A stretch of 51,074 nt of DNA from Methanobacteriota archaeon (GCA_005878385.1 VBMN01000073.1:1-51074), one strand, 5' to 3'. Counted from the stretch's first letter, positions 1-8,707 are shown. A program made the numbers and translations. Notes: generated by a model not told the origin, from the sequence alone.

Positions 1-127
1 AGTATTCCCCACCTGAGGGCAGATTATCCGCGTGTTACTGAGCCGTCCGCCGAGGTCTTGCACCTCTCGACTCGCATGTCTTAAGCGAACTCCCATAGCG
101 GTGCCCGCCGGCAGGATCAACCGGAGT
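1..127 (-). rRNA. rrs: 16S (SSU) rRNA, 5'-terminal ~127 nt; the gene continues beyond the left edge
   Basis: The reverse complement of 1-127 reads ACTCCGGTTGATCCTGCCGG...TAAGACATGCGAGTCGAGAGG...GACGGCTCAGTAACACGCGG. This is the conserved archaeal SSU 5' end (Arch21F primer site) plus the GCTCAGTAACACG block. Confidence 0.9.
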
Positions 128-371
128 TGATCCGTGCACGACGCGCTTGTGCCATCTTAAGGAATCTTGGCGAGGTAGCTCAAACATACCTCTGCCTTGA
201 TCGCGAACGTCGGGTTCGAGAGGGCACGCGCCCGGCAAAGAGCGCGGGGTTCTCAAACCTCCACAGTGTCGGCCGCATCAGAATGAGGCCCGTCACAAAT
301 CGGGGCCTTCGCCGGAGGCGGCCACCACGGACTCGGGCGACGGTGACTCGAAGAGTTTCGTCGCCTTTTCC

Positions 372-416
372 GAGTCTTTCGACAGATACCGGAGGGAGAT
401 ATATGAGTCTTTCGAC
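372..416 (-). promoter_or_regulatory. Candidate rRNA promoter: 12-nt direct repeat x2 flanking an ATATAT TATA-like box
   Basis: GAGTCTTTCGAC occurs at 372-383 and 405-416, 33 nt apart. The minus strand reads GTCGAAAGACTC-ATATATCT, with the ATATAT tract at 399-404. The element lies ~245 nt upstream of the 16S 5' end, in the only non-coding stretch between the Rieske gene stop (454) and the rRNA. Confidence 0.45.
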
Positions 417-453
417 CCGGCCGTTCCCGTACGTCCGGACTAGAAGGGACGAA

Positions 454-1221
454 TCAACAATACGTGTACCACCGCGGATCCGGCATGCCACCGTACAGTA
501 CGTTGTTGATCGGTCGAACGGGCACGACAGGCAAGCTGAACTTCCCCGGCCCGTGAACGATGCGCGCTCCCACGAAGGGGACCCCGTTGATCGGATTCAC
601 GTCCGCGGTAAGAAGGAGGGGGTCGTACTGTGCATCGTGACAAAGGCACCACACCGGATCCTGGCCGTAGACCGTCCACGTGGGCGGTGCCGCGCCGTAC
701 GTCCCGTAGTCCCTCGGAGGGACGATCGAACCGTCCGCGATGTGCCAGCCCGGATAGCAACACAAGTGGGTGCAACGGTCGAAGAGCACCACGATCCGGA
801 GATCCCGGGACGGGTCGTCGTAATAGAGGTTGTAACCTGACGGTATGGGATACGGCGCCGGATCGGGCGGACGGAAATAGGTGTTCTCCCGGATGATCCG
901 GATGAGGAGGACGGGGAAGCCCGTGTGTTCGACGTACGTTCCGTCTCGGAACAATCCCCGCCAGACCGCCGTGGCCCCTTGCCACACTTGGAAGTCCCCG
1001 GGTTGGACCGGCTGTCCCGCGCGATCGTCCCACCATTGCGGCGTCGGGAATTTGGTGTACACGAAATCTTCGCGGATCGTCCCGTTCGTCGGTGCGGGCG
1101 GGGCGAGGAGCGGAGCAATGACTTCCGTGCCCACGACGACACCAGCGCCGGCAGCCGTGCCCGCAATCACGCCAGCCTTAATCCAATCGCGTCGGGTCCA
1201 CGTTCGGGGGGGTGCAGACAT
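454..1221 (-). CDS. Rieske-type [2Fe-2S] protein with twin-arginine (Tat) signal, paralogue 1
   Basis: 255-aa ORF. N-terminus TRRDWIKAGVIAGTAAGAG (RR plus hydrophobic region). Cluster boxes CTHLCCYPGWH and CLCHDAQYD. A GGAG lies a few nt upstream of the ATG, and the upstream paralogue stops 12 nt away. Confidence 0.85.
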   Translation of the reverse strand: MSAPPRTWTRRDWIKAGVIAGTAAGAGVVVGTEVIAPLLAPPAPTNGTIREDFVYTKFPTPQWWDDRAGQPVQPGDFQVWQGATAVWRGLFRDGTYVEHTGFPVLLIRIIRENTYFRPPDPAPYPIPSGYNLYYDDPSRDLRIVVLFDRCTHLCCYPGWHIADGSIVPPRDYGTYGAAPPTWTVYGQDPVWCLCHDAQYDPLLLTADVNPINGVPFVGARIVHGPGKFSLPVVPVRPINNVLYGGMPDPRWYTYC

Positions 1222-1233
1222 CTTCTCGACTCC

Positions 1234-1995
1234 TCAGCAGTACTCGTACCATCGAGGATCGGACATGCCTCCGACCAGGACGGTGCCGTCGACACGAAGC
1301 GGCACGACGGGAAGGGCGCGCTGCGTCGGCCCGTGCACGTGCGTGGCCCCGACGTACCTCACGCCGCTCCTCGGATGGACGTTGGTCGTGAGGAGAAGCG
1401 GATCATACTGGGACCCGTGGCAGATGCAGAAGATCGGATCTTGCCCGTACACGGAATAGGTAGGCGAGGGGACACGGTAGTCTCGGTACGGCTTCGTGTC
1501 CGTGATCACGTGCCAACCCGGATTGCAGCAAAGATGGGTGCAACGGTCGACCACGGTGACCATCCGAATCTGACGCACTGGATCGTCAAAGTAGAAGGAG
1601 AACCCTTTGGGGGGAGCGAGGTCCGTCAACACTTGGAACTCGGGAGCGTCGTAGGGGACTCGAATCACCAAGACCGGAAAGCCGGTCCCTGGGACCCATT
1701 GTCCGTGGAGGAACAGCCCGCGCCACACCCCGGTGGCGCCCTGCCACTCCTGGAAATCGCTCACTTCGACCGCATGCCCCTGTCGCCCGTTCCACCAGGC
1801 CTCGGTGGGCCATTTCGTATAGTAGATCTCCTCTCGGAGATCGCCATCGAATCTCGCGGGTGGAGGCAGGAGCTGGCCCGAAACGGTTCCGCCGAGCGCA
1901 ATGACCGAGCCGACCGCTCCGGTCGCGATGGCGAGCTTCGCCCACTCTCGCCGAGTCCAACCACGACCGTTGGGCTCTTCGCCTTCCCATGGCAT
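1234..1995 (-). CDS. Rieske-type [2Fe-2S] protein with Tat signal, paralogue 2
   Basis: Track ORF 1234..2058. TRREWAKLAIATGAVGS signal, CTHLCCNPGWH and CICHGSQYD boxes. It aligns over its whole length with paralogue 1 and shares the C-terminal DPRWYxYC. I chose the ATG at 1995 because GGAGGG (2007-2002) sits 6 nt upstream; 2001 and 2058 are alternatives. Confidence 0.8.
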   Translation of the reverse strand: MPWEGEEPNGRGWTRREWAKLAIATGAVGSVIALGGTVSGQLLPPPARFDGDLREEIYYTKWPTEAWWNGRQGHAVEVSDFQEWQGATGVWRGLFLHGQWVPGTGFPVLVIRVPYDAPEFQVLTDLAPPKGFSFYFDDPVRQIRMVTVVDRCTHLCCNPGWHVITDTKPYRDYRVPSPTYSVYGQDPIFCICHGSQYDPLLLTTNVHPRSGVRYVGATHVHGPTQRALPVVPLRVDGTVLVGGMSDPRWYEYC

Positions 1996-2125
1996 GAGCA
2001 TCCCTCCGCGTCCGAGCCTGACGCGCCGCGAGGCCACTCTCCGGTGTGACTCCTTCAATGTGTCGTACGTATCGTCCTTGTCGCGTCGTGGTCTCGAGGG
2101 TCCGTTTGACCGATCCTACGCGATT

Positions 2126-2941
2126 CTATGGAGCCCAACCCCGCTGCCCGACGAACCGCCAGAGCATGAGGATGACCCCGAGCCCTTGGAGAATCGAGAG
2201 GAACAGGAGCAAGGCCCAGATGCGGCCCACCGTCGGGCGGCGCAGGAACGCCGCGTAGAAGATCACCTGTAAGCCGAGGAACGGCCAGAGTTCCGCCATG
2301 CCGTCGTATCCGGGCCCGTCGAAGGGGAACCACCGTTGGCTCCATCCGATCGCGAGGGCCGCGACGGACAGGACCTGCAGGAAGAAACCGAACAGGAGCG
2401 TGCGCGTCACACCGAAGCGGACGGCGAACGTCCGAATGCGGAAGGCCCGGTCGGCCGCATAGTCGGAGGCCGTCGTCGGTGCGTAGAGAGCTCCCAGGAA
2501 GAGCGCGATCGTCCCGATGAACCACCAAGCGAACGAGGCTAGCAAGAGCGTCTCTCGCTCGATGAGCCCCTGACCAATCAGCTCCTCCACGACCTGGACG
2601 TACTTCTTCCGGGGATTGACCCGGTCCGTCGTCTCCATGTCGCTGTAGACGTTCAGCAGGAGGGTGAAGGTCCCGAGCAGCGGGCCGATTACGATGATGC
2701 CGAGGACCACCCGCAGGTCGTCGATGAACAGATGCCGCCCGCCGGGAGGCTGGGCCAGGACCCACCCGATGTACAGAGGTGCAATGGCCACGATCCAGAA
2801 CTTCACGCCTCCGAGGCTCACGATGAGCTCGGTGAGGTCGCTCGGTGATACGCGGAGCTCCTTGGTGATCCGGATTCCGCTCTCCGCGGCCACGGACTGA
2901 TATCTGCTGCCCAAGATAATAATGACGCCTCCGAGGATCAC
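2126..2941 (-). CDS. UbiA-family aromatic prenyltransferase (integral membrane)
   Basis: 271 aa and multi-TM. Asp-rich motifs NVYSDMETTD and SDYAADRAF. The GTG start overlaps the MFS stop by 4 nt (GTGA). Confidence 0.65.
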   Translation of the reverse strand: MILGGVIIILGSRYQSVAAESGIRITKELRVSPSDLTELIVSLGGVKFWIVAIAPLYIGWVLAQPPGGRHLFIDDLRVVLGIIVIGPLLGTFTLLLNVYSDMETTDRVNPRKKYVQVVEELIGQGLIERETLLLASFAWWFIGTIALFLGALYAPTTASDYAADRAFRIRTFAVRFGVTRTLLFGFFLQVLSVAALAIGWSQRWFPFDGPGYDGMAELWPFLGLQVIFYAAFLRRPTVGRIWALLLFLSILQGLGVILMLWRFVGQRGWAP

Positions 2942-4098
2942 TTCGCGAGGGCCTCGAGCAGGATGACTCCTCCGACGAGGAGGAACAACGCGTACACGTC
3001 CCCGCCCAGGGACAGGATGGCCAGACCCGCGACGATCGCGACGGCGCGACCGAGGTTGATCGAGAATTCCCGCGACGCGGTCGCCCTCGGGATCGAATCC
3101 TCCATCCGATCAATCAAGATCGTATAGATGAACGAAGGAGCGATCGCGGCCGTCAGGGAGAGCCAACCGATCGCGAAGGCGAAGGTTCCCAGATCGCGGA
3201 CGGCGAACGCCAGAAGGCATGCCGGCACCGAGAGGATCGGCCCCAGGAACAAGAAAGGGCCGCGGGTTTTCGTCCGATCCGAAATGCGACCCAAGAGCAC
3301 GGCGGTCACCCCGGCCGCCAAGGAGAACAGGGAGAAGAGAAGGCCCAACTCGAAGGAGTCCGTCGTGAACCGGAACGAGCCCAGGGGCGTCGCGATCGTC
3401 AGGAGCCCATCCACGCCTCCCTGTCCCGCCAACGCCAAGACGGTCCGTGAATTCGCCGCTGGGAGGTCGATCGAGAATGCGAACGAAATCGCCGGATCGA
3501 CGAGAAGACGGACAAGGACCAGATTTCCGAGCACGATGGCTCCGCCCAGGGAAAAGAGGGTCCAGTACCCCGCGAGGTCCGCGATGTAGCCCCCGACCAC
3601 CGGTGCGACGACGCCGGTCGTGGTGAAGGCCGCCGTCAGGCCCGCGAGGCGGCCCGCCCGATTCGTCCGGTGCGTCTCCCGGACCAAGAGGCAATTCATC
3701 GGCAGCCAGAACGCCGGGACGTACGTGCCGAAGCAGACGCCCGCGACGAAGACGGCCGCGAGCGGGGGAAGGACGACGAACGAAAAATGGCCGACCGCCA
3801 CGGAAAGAATTCCGAGCGTCATGCTCCTCGCAGCCCGTATCGGTCGACCGCTCGAGAGAACGAGGACGACGAGAGCCGCGACGCCGAACGCGACCAGCCA
3901 CACGAGGACACCGACGTTGAAGGCAAGCGCCTGTGGCGCGCTCACCAAGTAGACGAGCCAGAAGCTGCCCGCCATTTGATTCCCGAAGAATTGGACCGAG
4001 ATGACGATGAGCAACGATCGATAGACCAAGCCGGAGGTCGGCGGAACGGCGGGCTGGACCACGGCCATTCGATTCGCGCGACACAACAGCGCATACAT
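2938..4098 (-). CDS. MFS-type transporter
   Basis: 386 aa, about 12 hydrophobic segments, with an MFS-like loop motif (RETHRTNRAGRLAG). An alternative start is M11 at 4068. Confidence 0.6.
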   Translation of the reverse strand: MYALLCRANRMAVVQPAVPPTSGLVYRSLLIVISVQFFGNQMAGSFWLVYLVSAPQALAFNVGVLVWLVAFGVAALVVLVLSSGRPIRAARSMTLGILSVAVGHFSFVVLPPLAAVFVAGVCFGTYVPAFWLPMNCLLVRETHRTNRAGRLAGLTAAFTTTGVVAPVVGGYIADLAGYWTLFSLGGAIVLGNLVLVRLLVDPAISFAFSIDLPAANSRTVLALAGQGGVDGLLTIATPLGSFRFTTDSFELGLLFSLFSLAAGVTAVLLGRISDRTKTRGPFLFLGPILSVPACLLAFAVRDLGTFAFAIGWLSLTAAIAPSFIYTILIDRMEDSIPRATASREFSINLGRAVAIVAGLAILSLGGDVYALFLLVGGVILLEALAK

Positions 4099-4128
4099 AG
4101 ACGCTTTGACCCGTGCACCGGAGAAAGC

Positions 4129-4137
4129 GTTAATAGA
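4129..4137 (+). promoter_or_regulatory. TATA-like box upstream of tRNA-Ser (possibly shared with the divergent MFS gene)
   Basis: GTTAATAGA is centred ~28 nt upstream of the tRNA 5' end at 4161. It is the only AT-rich element in the 62-nt divergent intergenic region. Confidence 0.4.
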
Positions 4138-4160
4138 CGGACCCCAATGGACGCGGGATT

Positions 4161-4243
4161 GCGGGGATCGCCTAGCCTGGTAGGGCGCTGGATTGCTAAT
4201 CCAGTGCGCTCTGCGCCCGGGGGTTCAAATCCCCCTCCCCGCG
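4161..4243 (+). tRNA. tRNA-Ser (anticodon GCU)
   Basis: Manual cloverleaf: acceptor GCGGGGA/TCCCCGC; anticodon arm CTGGA-TTGCTAA-TCCAG (GCT); long variable arm GCGC-TCT-GCGC; T arm GGGGG-TTCAAAT-CCCCC; discriminator G. No encoded CCA. Confidence 0.9.
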
Positions 4244-4255
4244 CGGGTGTCCCCG

Positions 4256-5200
4256 ATGCGAGTGCGAACCTACGACGAGATCCATCCGGACGATAGTTTC
4301 CGGCTCAGCTTCCTGGCCTTCGGCGAAGCATGGGACGAAGCCAAGGTCCGCCGGGTCCGATCGAGCGACAGGAGGTATCTCGAGGAGTTCGCCCTCTATG
4401 CGGAGGAAAGAGGTCGCGTTCTCGCGCAGGTCGTGCCGTTGCGCTTCCGGGTGCGGTTGCGAAGCGGTGTCGAGGAGGTGGGCGGTCTTGCGGGGGTCTG
4501 CTCGCATCCGGCCGTTTGGGGACGGGGGTACGCACGCCGACTCATGGACGCCGCGCATGATCGCTTCCGCGCGCTGGACCTCCGAATCTCGACCTTAACC
4601 ACGAGTCGCAACATCCGAGGCTATGGCGTTTATGCGAAAATGGGTTACGTGGACCTCGCGCCGTTTCGCGCGGCGGTGCGACGCTCGTCTCGGAGGAGAG
4701 CGCCCTACGGATATCGTCTCCGTACCGCGACAAAGACGGATGTGCCAAGAATGCACGACCTCTACCGAAAGCACACCCGAAACATGTTAGGATGGACGGA
4801 GCGACCCGCGGAACTCCTCCAGTGGGTCCTGCGGGAGAACCGAGACTATCTTTCGAAATACCGAGTCCTACTCCGTCAGGGCAAGGTGGTTGGATATCTG
4901 CGTACTCGCCCGGACGAGGGCATGACCATGGAAGAGGTCGTCGTACCGGGGCCGCGCGACTTCCGGGCTGCGGTGGCGCTCATGGAATCACGGCATCGGC
5001 GCGGAATGGTCACAGTAAACTGGATTACGGCGGCGGACGACGTCACCCGATTCCGGAGCCTCGGATACTCGGTGGACGGTCCAATCCCTGATGCGACCAT
5101 GGCGTTGTCTCTGACAAAGGAGGTTCGGGCGACCGACCTTCGCAGGCTCTTCGGCGGAACGTCTGGGCGCTTTGTCCAGTATCCAACGGACGATTTCTGA
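4256..5200 (+). CDS. GNAT-family N-acetyltransferase (two-domain, Eis-like size)
   Basis: Track ORF 4193..5200 begins inside the tRNA. The first ATG after the tRNA is at 4256. Acetyl-CoA binding-like motif VWGRGYARRLMDAA. Confidence 0.7.
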   Translation: MRVRTYDEIHPDDSFRLSFLAFGEAWDEAKVRRVRSSDRRYLEEFALYAEERGRVLAQVVPLRFRVRLRSGVEEVGGLAGVCSHPAVWGRGYARRLMDAAHDRFRALDLRISTLTTSRNIRGYGVYAKMGYVDLAPFRAAVRRSSRRRAPYGYRLRTATKTDVPRMHDLYRKHTRNMLGWTERPAELLQWVLRENRDYLSKYRVLLRQGKVVGYLRTRPDEGMTMEEVVVPGPRDFRAAVALMESRHRRGMVTVNWITAADDVTRFRSLGYSVDGPIPDATMALSLTKEVRATDLRRLFGGTSGRFVQYPTDDF

Positions 5201-5330
5201 ATTCCCATCGTCTTCGGCGAACCGCGAGAACTGTCGAATAATCCGACGGGTCAATTGCCCCCACACTCCGCGACATGAGAACCAAACGGAACGATTAAAG
5301 AAGGGGAATCGGACATGGAGTCGATCGTCG

Positions 5331-6158
5331 ATGGGCGCGGATTCGATGAAGTCGAAGATGGTCCTGCTCGGGGACGGCGGCGTCGGCAAGACCTCCCTGA
5401 TTCGAAGATTCGTGGTCGATCAGTACTCGGACGATTACATCACGACGATCGGCACAAAGGTGTCGAAGCGGAGCCTCAACGTGGGACATCCTGCAGCGGA
5501 AGTCGAGATGTCGATGCAGATCTGGGACGTCCTGGGTCAGAAGGGCTACAGCGGCGTCCAAGAGACGGCCATGAAGGGCGCGCAAGGCGTCCTGATGGTC
5601 TACGACGCCACGAGCGACGAGAGCCGGCGCAGCCTCGAAGACTACTGGATGCCCGCGGTGTGGCGGCTCGCGGGCCGAGTCCCGATGGTGATCGCCGGGA
5701 ACAAATCCGACCTCGTCGCGGACCGCGTCTGGGCGGAAGACTACCTCTATTTCCTGGCCCAGAAGTACAACTGCCCCGGAATCCTCACAAGCGCCCGGAC
5801 CGGGGACCGCGTTGAGCACTCATTCAAAGCTCTCGGCGAGCAGATCCTCGCCGCTGCCGGACATCCAATCCGACGAATCGCCCTCGTCACGCCGCCGCAA
5901 GAGCCGATTGACCGATTCATCCGCGTCACGGACAAGATCATGACCGACTTCTGCTACCAAATGGGCGGAGTGGAAACCGGCATGCCAATCGTAAAGCGAC
6001 AGCTGGGCCTCGCGGGCCTCGACGTGCGGGCCCCGAGCGACCAAACGATTCGAGACCTCATCGAGCGACTTGCGGTGGTCGAACGGGATTTCAAGGGTCC
6101 CGATGAGATCCGAGAAAATCGCGAGCGTCGGTTGGCGTGGCTGGGCGGGAGTGACTAA
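5331..6158 (+). CDS. Ras/Rab-like small GTPase with ~120-aa C-terminal extension
   Basis: G1 LLGDGGVGKTS, G2 ITTIG, G3 WDVLGQ, G4 GNKSD, G5 TSAR. The start is the ATG at 5331; in-frame ATGs at 5346 and 5358 are also possible. The track ORF starts at 5172. Confidence 0.8.
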   Translation: MGADSMKSKMVLLGDGGVGKTSLIRRFVVDQYSDDYITTIGTKVSKRSLNVGHPAAEVEMSMQIWDVLGQKGYSGVQETAMKGAQGVLMVYDATSDESRRSLEDYWMPAVWRLAGRVPMVIAGNKSDLVADRVWAEDYLYFLAQKYNCPGILTSARTGDRVEHSFKALGEQILAAAGHPIRRIALVTPPQEPIDRFIRVTDKIMTDFCYQMGGVETGMPIVKRQLGLAGLDVRAPSDQTIRDLIERLAVVERDFKGPDEIRENRERRLAWLGGSD

Positions 6159-6175
6159 TCCCAATCTGTTGCGTA

Positions 6176-6757
6176 TCAAACCTTCAAGGGGAAGTTCTTC
6201 TCTCCCGCGCGGATCGGTACGGTCAGCCAATTCTCCCGCGGCGGGAACGGGCACACGTAATCGTCGCTGTACGCGCAGTACGGATTGTATGCGAGGTTGA
6301 AGTCGAGCTCGTACTCGTCCGCCGGCTGTTCCTCGATGTCGAGGTAGCGGGCAGCTCCGTATGTGTCCTTGCCCGAGGTCGCATCTCGGAAGGGTATGAA
6401 TAGACTGCGGTCTTCGTGGTGATGACCGGGTGGCGGAACAGCTTTGAACACAGCGAGGCGTTGCTTCGTCCCCCCAATCTCGAATTCGAAGACACCGACA
6501 CGGAGCATGTCCCGAGGGATCCCTTTGGAGGTCGCGAGCACGACGCGCTCCGGGTTCGGATCTCGAACGAGGCGGGCGCGGATCCGATAATTCGGATCGA
6601 CGGGGAAATAGGACAGACCGGAGAACTCGGGTCGCAACCGATGCGGAATCGGGGACTCATGGTCTTCTTTGAAAAAATGGTCCTTCTCTCGACGCATCGC
6701 CTCGAGGTCCTTGACGTAGGTCTCGTCCGATTGTCGAGCCATTCGAAACTCGACCAC
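6176..6757 (-). CDS. DUF1684 domain protein
   Basis: 193 aa with blocks typical of the family: SPIPHRLRPEFSGLSYFPVDPNYR, FRDATSG.DTYGAARYL, AYNPYCAYSDDYVCPFPPRENWL. Confidence 0.7.
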   Translation of the reverse strand: MVEFRMARQSDETYVKDLEAMRREKDHFFKEDHESPIPHRLRPEFSGLSYFPVDPNYRIRARLVRDPNPERVVLATSKGIPRDMLRVGVFEFEIGGTKQRLAVFKAVPPPGHHHEDRSLFIPFRDATSGKDTYGAARYLDIEEQPADEYELDFNLAYNPYCAYSDDYVCPFPPRENWLTVPIRAGEKNFPLKV

Positions 6758-6781
6758 GCCGGCGACGGATAAAGTGTGCGC

Positions 6782-7099
6782 CTACATCGAGTACAGACTC
6801 TGCTTCGCCTTCGAGAGCAGGGCTTTCTCGTCATCGCCTAGGTGCGCAGGTGGAAGCTTGGCTTCCACGAGTCCGAGGATCTCAGTGGCGGCAGAAATCT
6901 TCTGCGCCTGGGTCGCTTGTTTGACGAGATCCGCTGCGAGACGGGCCTTGAGCTTCGACAGCCCGGCATCCTCTGGCGCAATCGCGAGCAATTCCTCGAT
7001 CAGTCTCAGCGACTCGTCGAAACGGCCGGTTTTCGCAAACGATTTGACCGCCCGTTCGAGCATCGCGAAGCGATGGACGGTCCCCGGGTCGAGGGGCAT
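6782..7099 (-). CDS. Hypothetical helical protein
   Basis: Track ORF 6782..7189 overlaps the upstream gene's stop. The internal ATG (M31) at 7099 removes the overlap. I recognised no motif; third-position GC is coding-like. Confidence 0.4.
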   Translation of the reverse strand: MPLDPGTVHRFAMLERAVKSFAKTGRFDESLRLIEELLAIAPEDAGLSKLKARLAADLVKQATQAQKISAATEILGLVEAKLPPAHLGDDEKALLSKAKQSLYSM

Positions 7100-7149
7100 C
7101 AGCGCGGCATGGCGGGAGAGGACGATATGCCTTTGCCGTCCGGTTCCGT

Positions 7150-8604
7150 TCAGTATCGAGGCATTTCGGGTTCGACTTTCTCCGCCCACTCGTCGATTCC
7201 GCCGACGAGGTTCCTCACCTTACGGAAGCCCAGCTCCCGGAGGAAGTTCGTGATGCGGGCGGAGCGGACCCCGGTCTTGCAGTACACGACAATGTCGTCC
7301 GCCGTGTTGAGTTCGTTCACGCGACCCGGGACCTGTGCCACAGGCATCAGCACGGCCCGATCCAAATGGGCGATCTCCCACTCCATCGGCTCGCGGACGT
7401 CCAGGAGGACGATCTCCTGGCGTTGGTCGAGTCGATCTTTCAGCGCGTCGACCGTGATCTGAAGTTCTTCACCGACTTGCTCGGAAGGCCCGCGAAGGCC
7501 GCAAAACTCTTCGTAGTCGATCAATTCTTTGATGGTCGGATTCGAGCCGCAGATGGGACATTCCACGTTCTTGCGGAGTTTCAACTCGCGGAACTTCATC
7601 TTCAAGGCGTCGAAGACGAGCAACCGGCCAATCAGCGTGTCCTCTTTCCCGAGAAGGAGTTTGAGCGTCTCGATCGCTTGGATCGAACCGATAATTCCCG
7701 GGAGGACGCCCAGCACGCCGCCCTCGGCACAGGACGGTACGAGTCCGGGCGGTGGCGGCTCGGAATACAGGCAGCGGTAACAAGGTCCTTTCCGCGCGTC
7801 GAAGACGCTCGCCTGTCCCTCGAAACGGAAGATCGAGCCATACACGTTCGGCTTATGGAGCAACACGGAGGCGTCGTTGACGAGATACCGCGTCGGGAAA
7901 TTGTCCGTCCCATCGATGACGACGTCATAGTCCTTCAGGATGTCCAGAGCGTTCTCCGAGGTGAGCCGCGTCTCGTATGTCTGCACGTCGACGTTCGGAT
8001 TGATCTGGGCGACCCGTTCTTTCGCCACCTCGAGTTTCTTCCGCCCCACGTCCTTCGTGCTGTACAGCACCTGCCGCTGCAGGTTCGATTCATCAATCAC
8101 ATCGAAGTCGACGATGCCGAGGCGGCCGACACCCGCCGCACTCAGATATTGGGTCAACGGAACGCCGAGACCGCCGGCGCCGATGATTAGGGCGGACGAC
8201 TGCTTCAGTTTTAGCTGGCCCGCCATCCCGACTTCGGGCAAAATGAGGTGACGGGAGTACCGCTTGATTTCGCCCGGTGACAAGACGTCCTTCCGTTTCG
8301 CCGCGAGACGATCCATCAGGGAGAAGGAACCTCCCGCGATGCTGGGGACGATCGAGATCGTATCGCCCCCTTTCAGAGCCGTTCCGTCCCGTTCCAAATA
8401 GCGGATGTCCTCCTCGTTCACGTAGACGTTCACAAAGTTTCGGAGGCGTCCATCCTCAGCGAAAAGATGGCGACGGAGCTGATCGTGACGTTCGACGAGA
8501 TCCGAGAGTGCTTCGCGGACGCTCTCCGCTTCGACCTCCACCGCATCTCGATTCCCGGCATATTGTCGAAGGGGAGTCGGGATGATGATCCGGACGCTCG
8601 CCAT
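7150..8604 (-). CDS. Fusion protein: ThiS/MoaD-like ubiquitin-like domain (ends in GG) + MoeB/ThiF-type E1 adenylyltransferase + rhodanese (MoeZ/UbaA-like)
   Basis: Residues 1-92 end in ...DTISIVPSIAGG (GG codons 8334-8329). The E1 follows: RYSRHLILPEVG, GAGGLG, CxxC pairs GPCYRC and ECPICG, PSCAEGGVLG. C-terminal rhodanese with YCKTGVRS. Confidence 0.85.
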   Translation of the reverse strand: MASVRIIIPTPLRQYAGNRDAVEVEAESVREALSDLVERHDQLRRHLFAEDGRLRNFVNVYVNEEDIRYLERDGTALKGGDTISIVPSIAGGSFSLMDRLAAKRKDVLSPGEIKRYSRHLILPEVGMAGQLKLKQSSALIIGAGGLGVPLTQYLSAAGVGRLGIVDFDVIDESNLQRQVLYSTKDVGRKKLEVAKERVAQINPNVDVQTYETRLTSENALDILKDYDVVIDGTDNFPTRYLVNDASVLLHKPNVYGSIFRFEGQASVFDARKGPCYRCLYSEPPPPGLVPSCAEGGVLGVLPGIIGSIQAIETLKLLLGKEDTLIGRLLVFDALKMKFRELKLRKNVECPICGSNPTIKELIDYEEFCGLRGPSEQVGEELQITVDALKDRLDQRQEIVLLDVREPMEWEIAHLDRAVLMPVAQVPGRVNELNTADDIVVYCKTGVRSARITNFLRELGFRKVRNLVGGIDEWAEKVEPEMPRY

Positions 8605-8624
8605 GTTCCTTTTGCCAATACGGT

Positions 8625-8636
8625 GTTATACTTAAG
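8625..8636 (-). promoter_or_regulatory. TATA-like box for the Ubl-E1 gene (near-leaderless)
   Basis: The minus strand reads CTTAAGTATAAC, centred ~26 nt upstream of the ATG at 8604. Confidence 0.4.
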
Positions 8637-8707
8637 GTTCGTCCCGCCGAAATCCCTCGATTAATCACTGCAATCTCAAAGGTAGCGTTCGGGGGGACGG
8701 GGCGCTT

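Noticed and set aside
127-840. 237-aa plus-strand ORF spanning the rRNA leader and the Rieske gene
   Set aside because: It starts inside the 16S 5' end/leader and continues antisense to the Rieske gene. It is extremely Arg-rich and has no motif.
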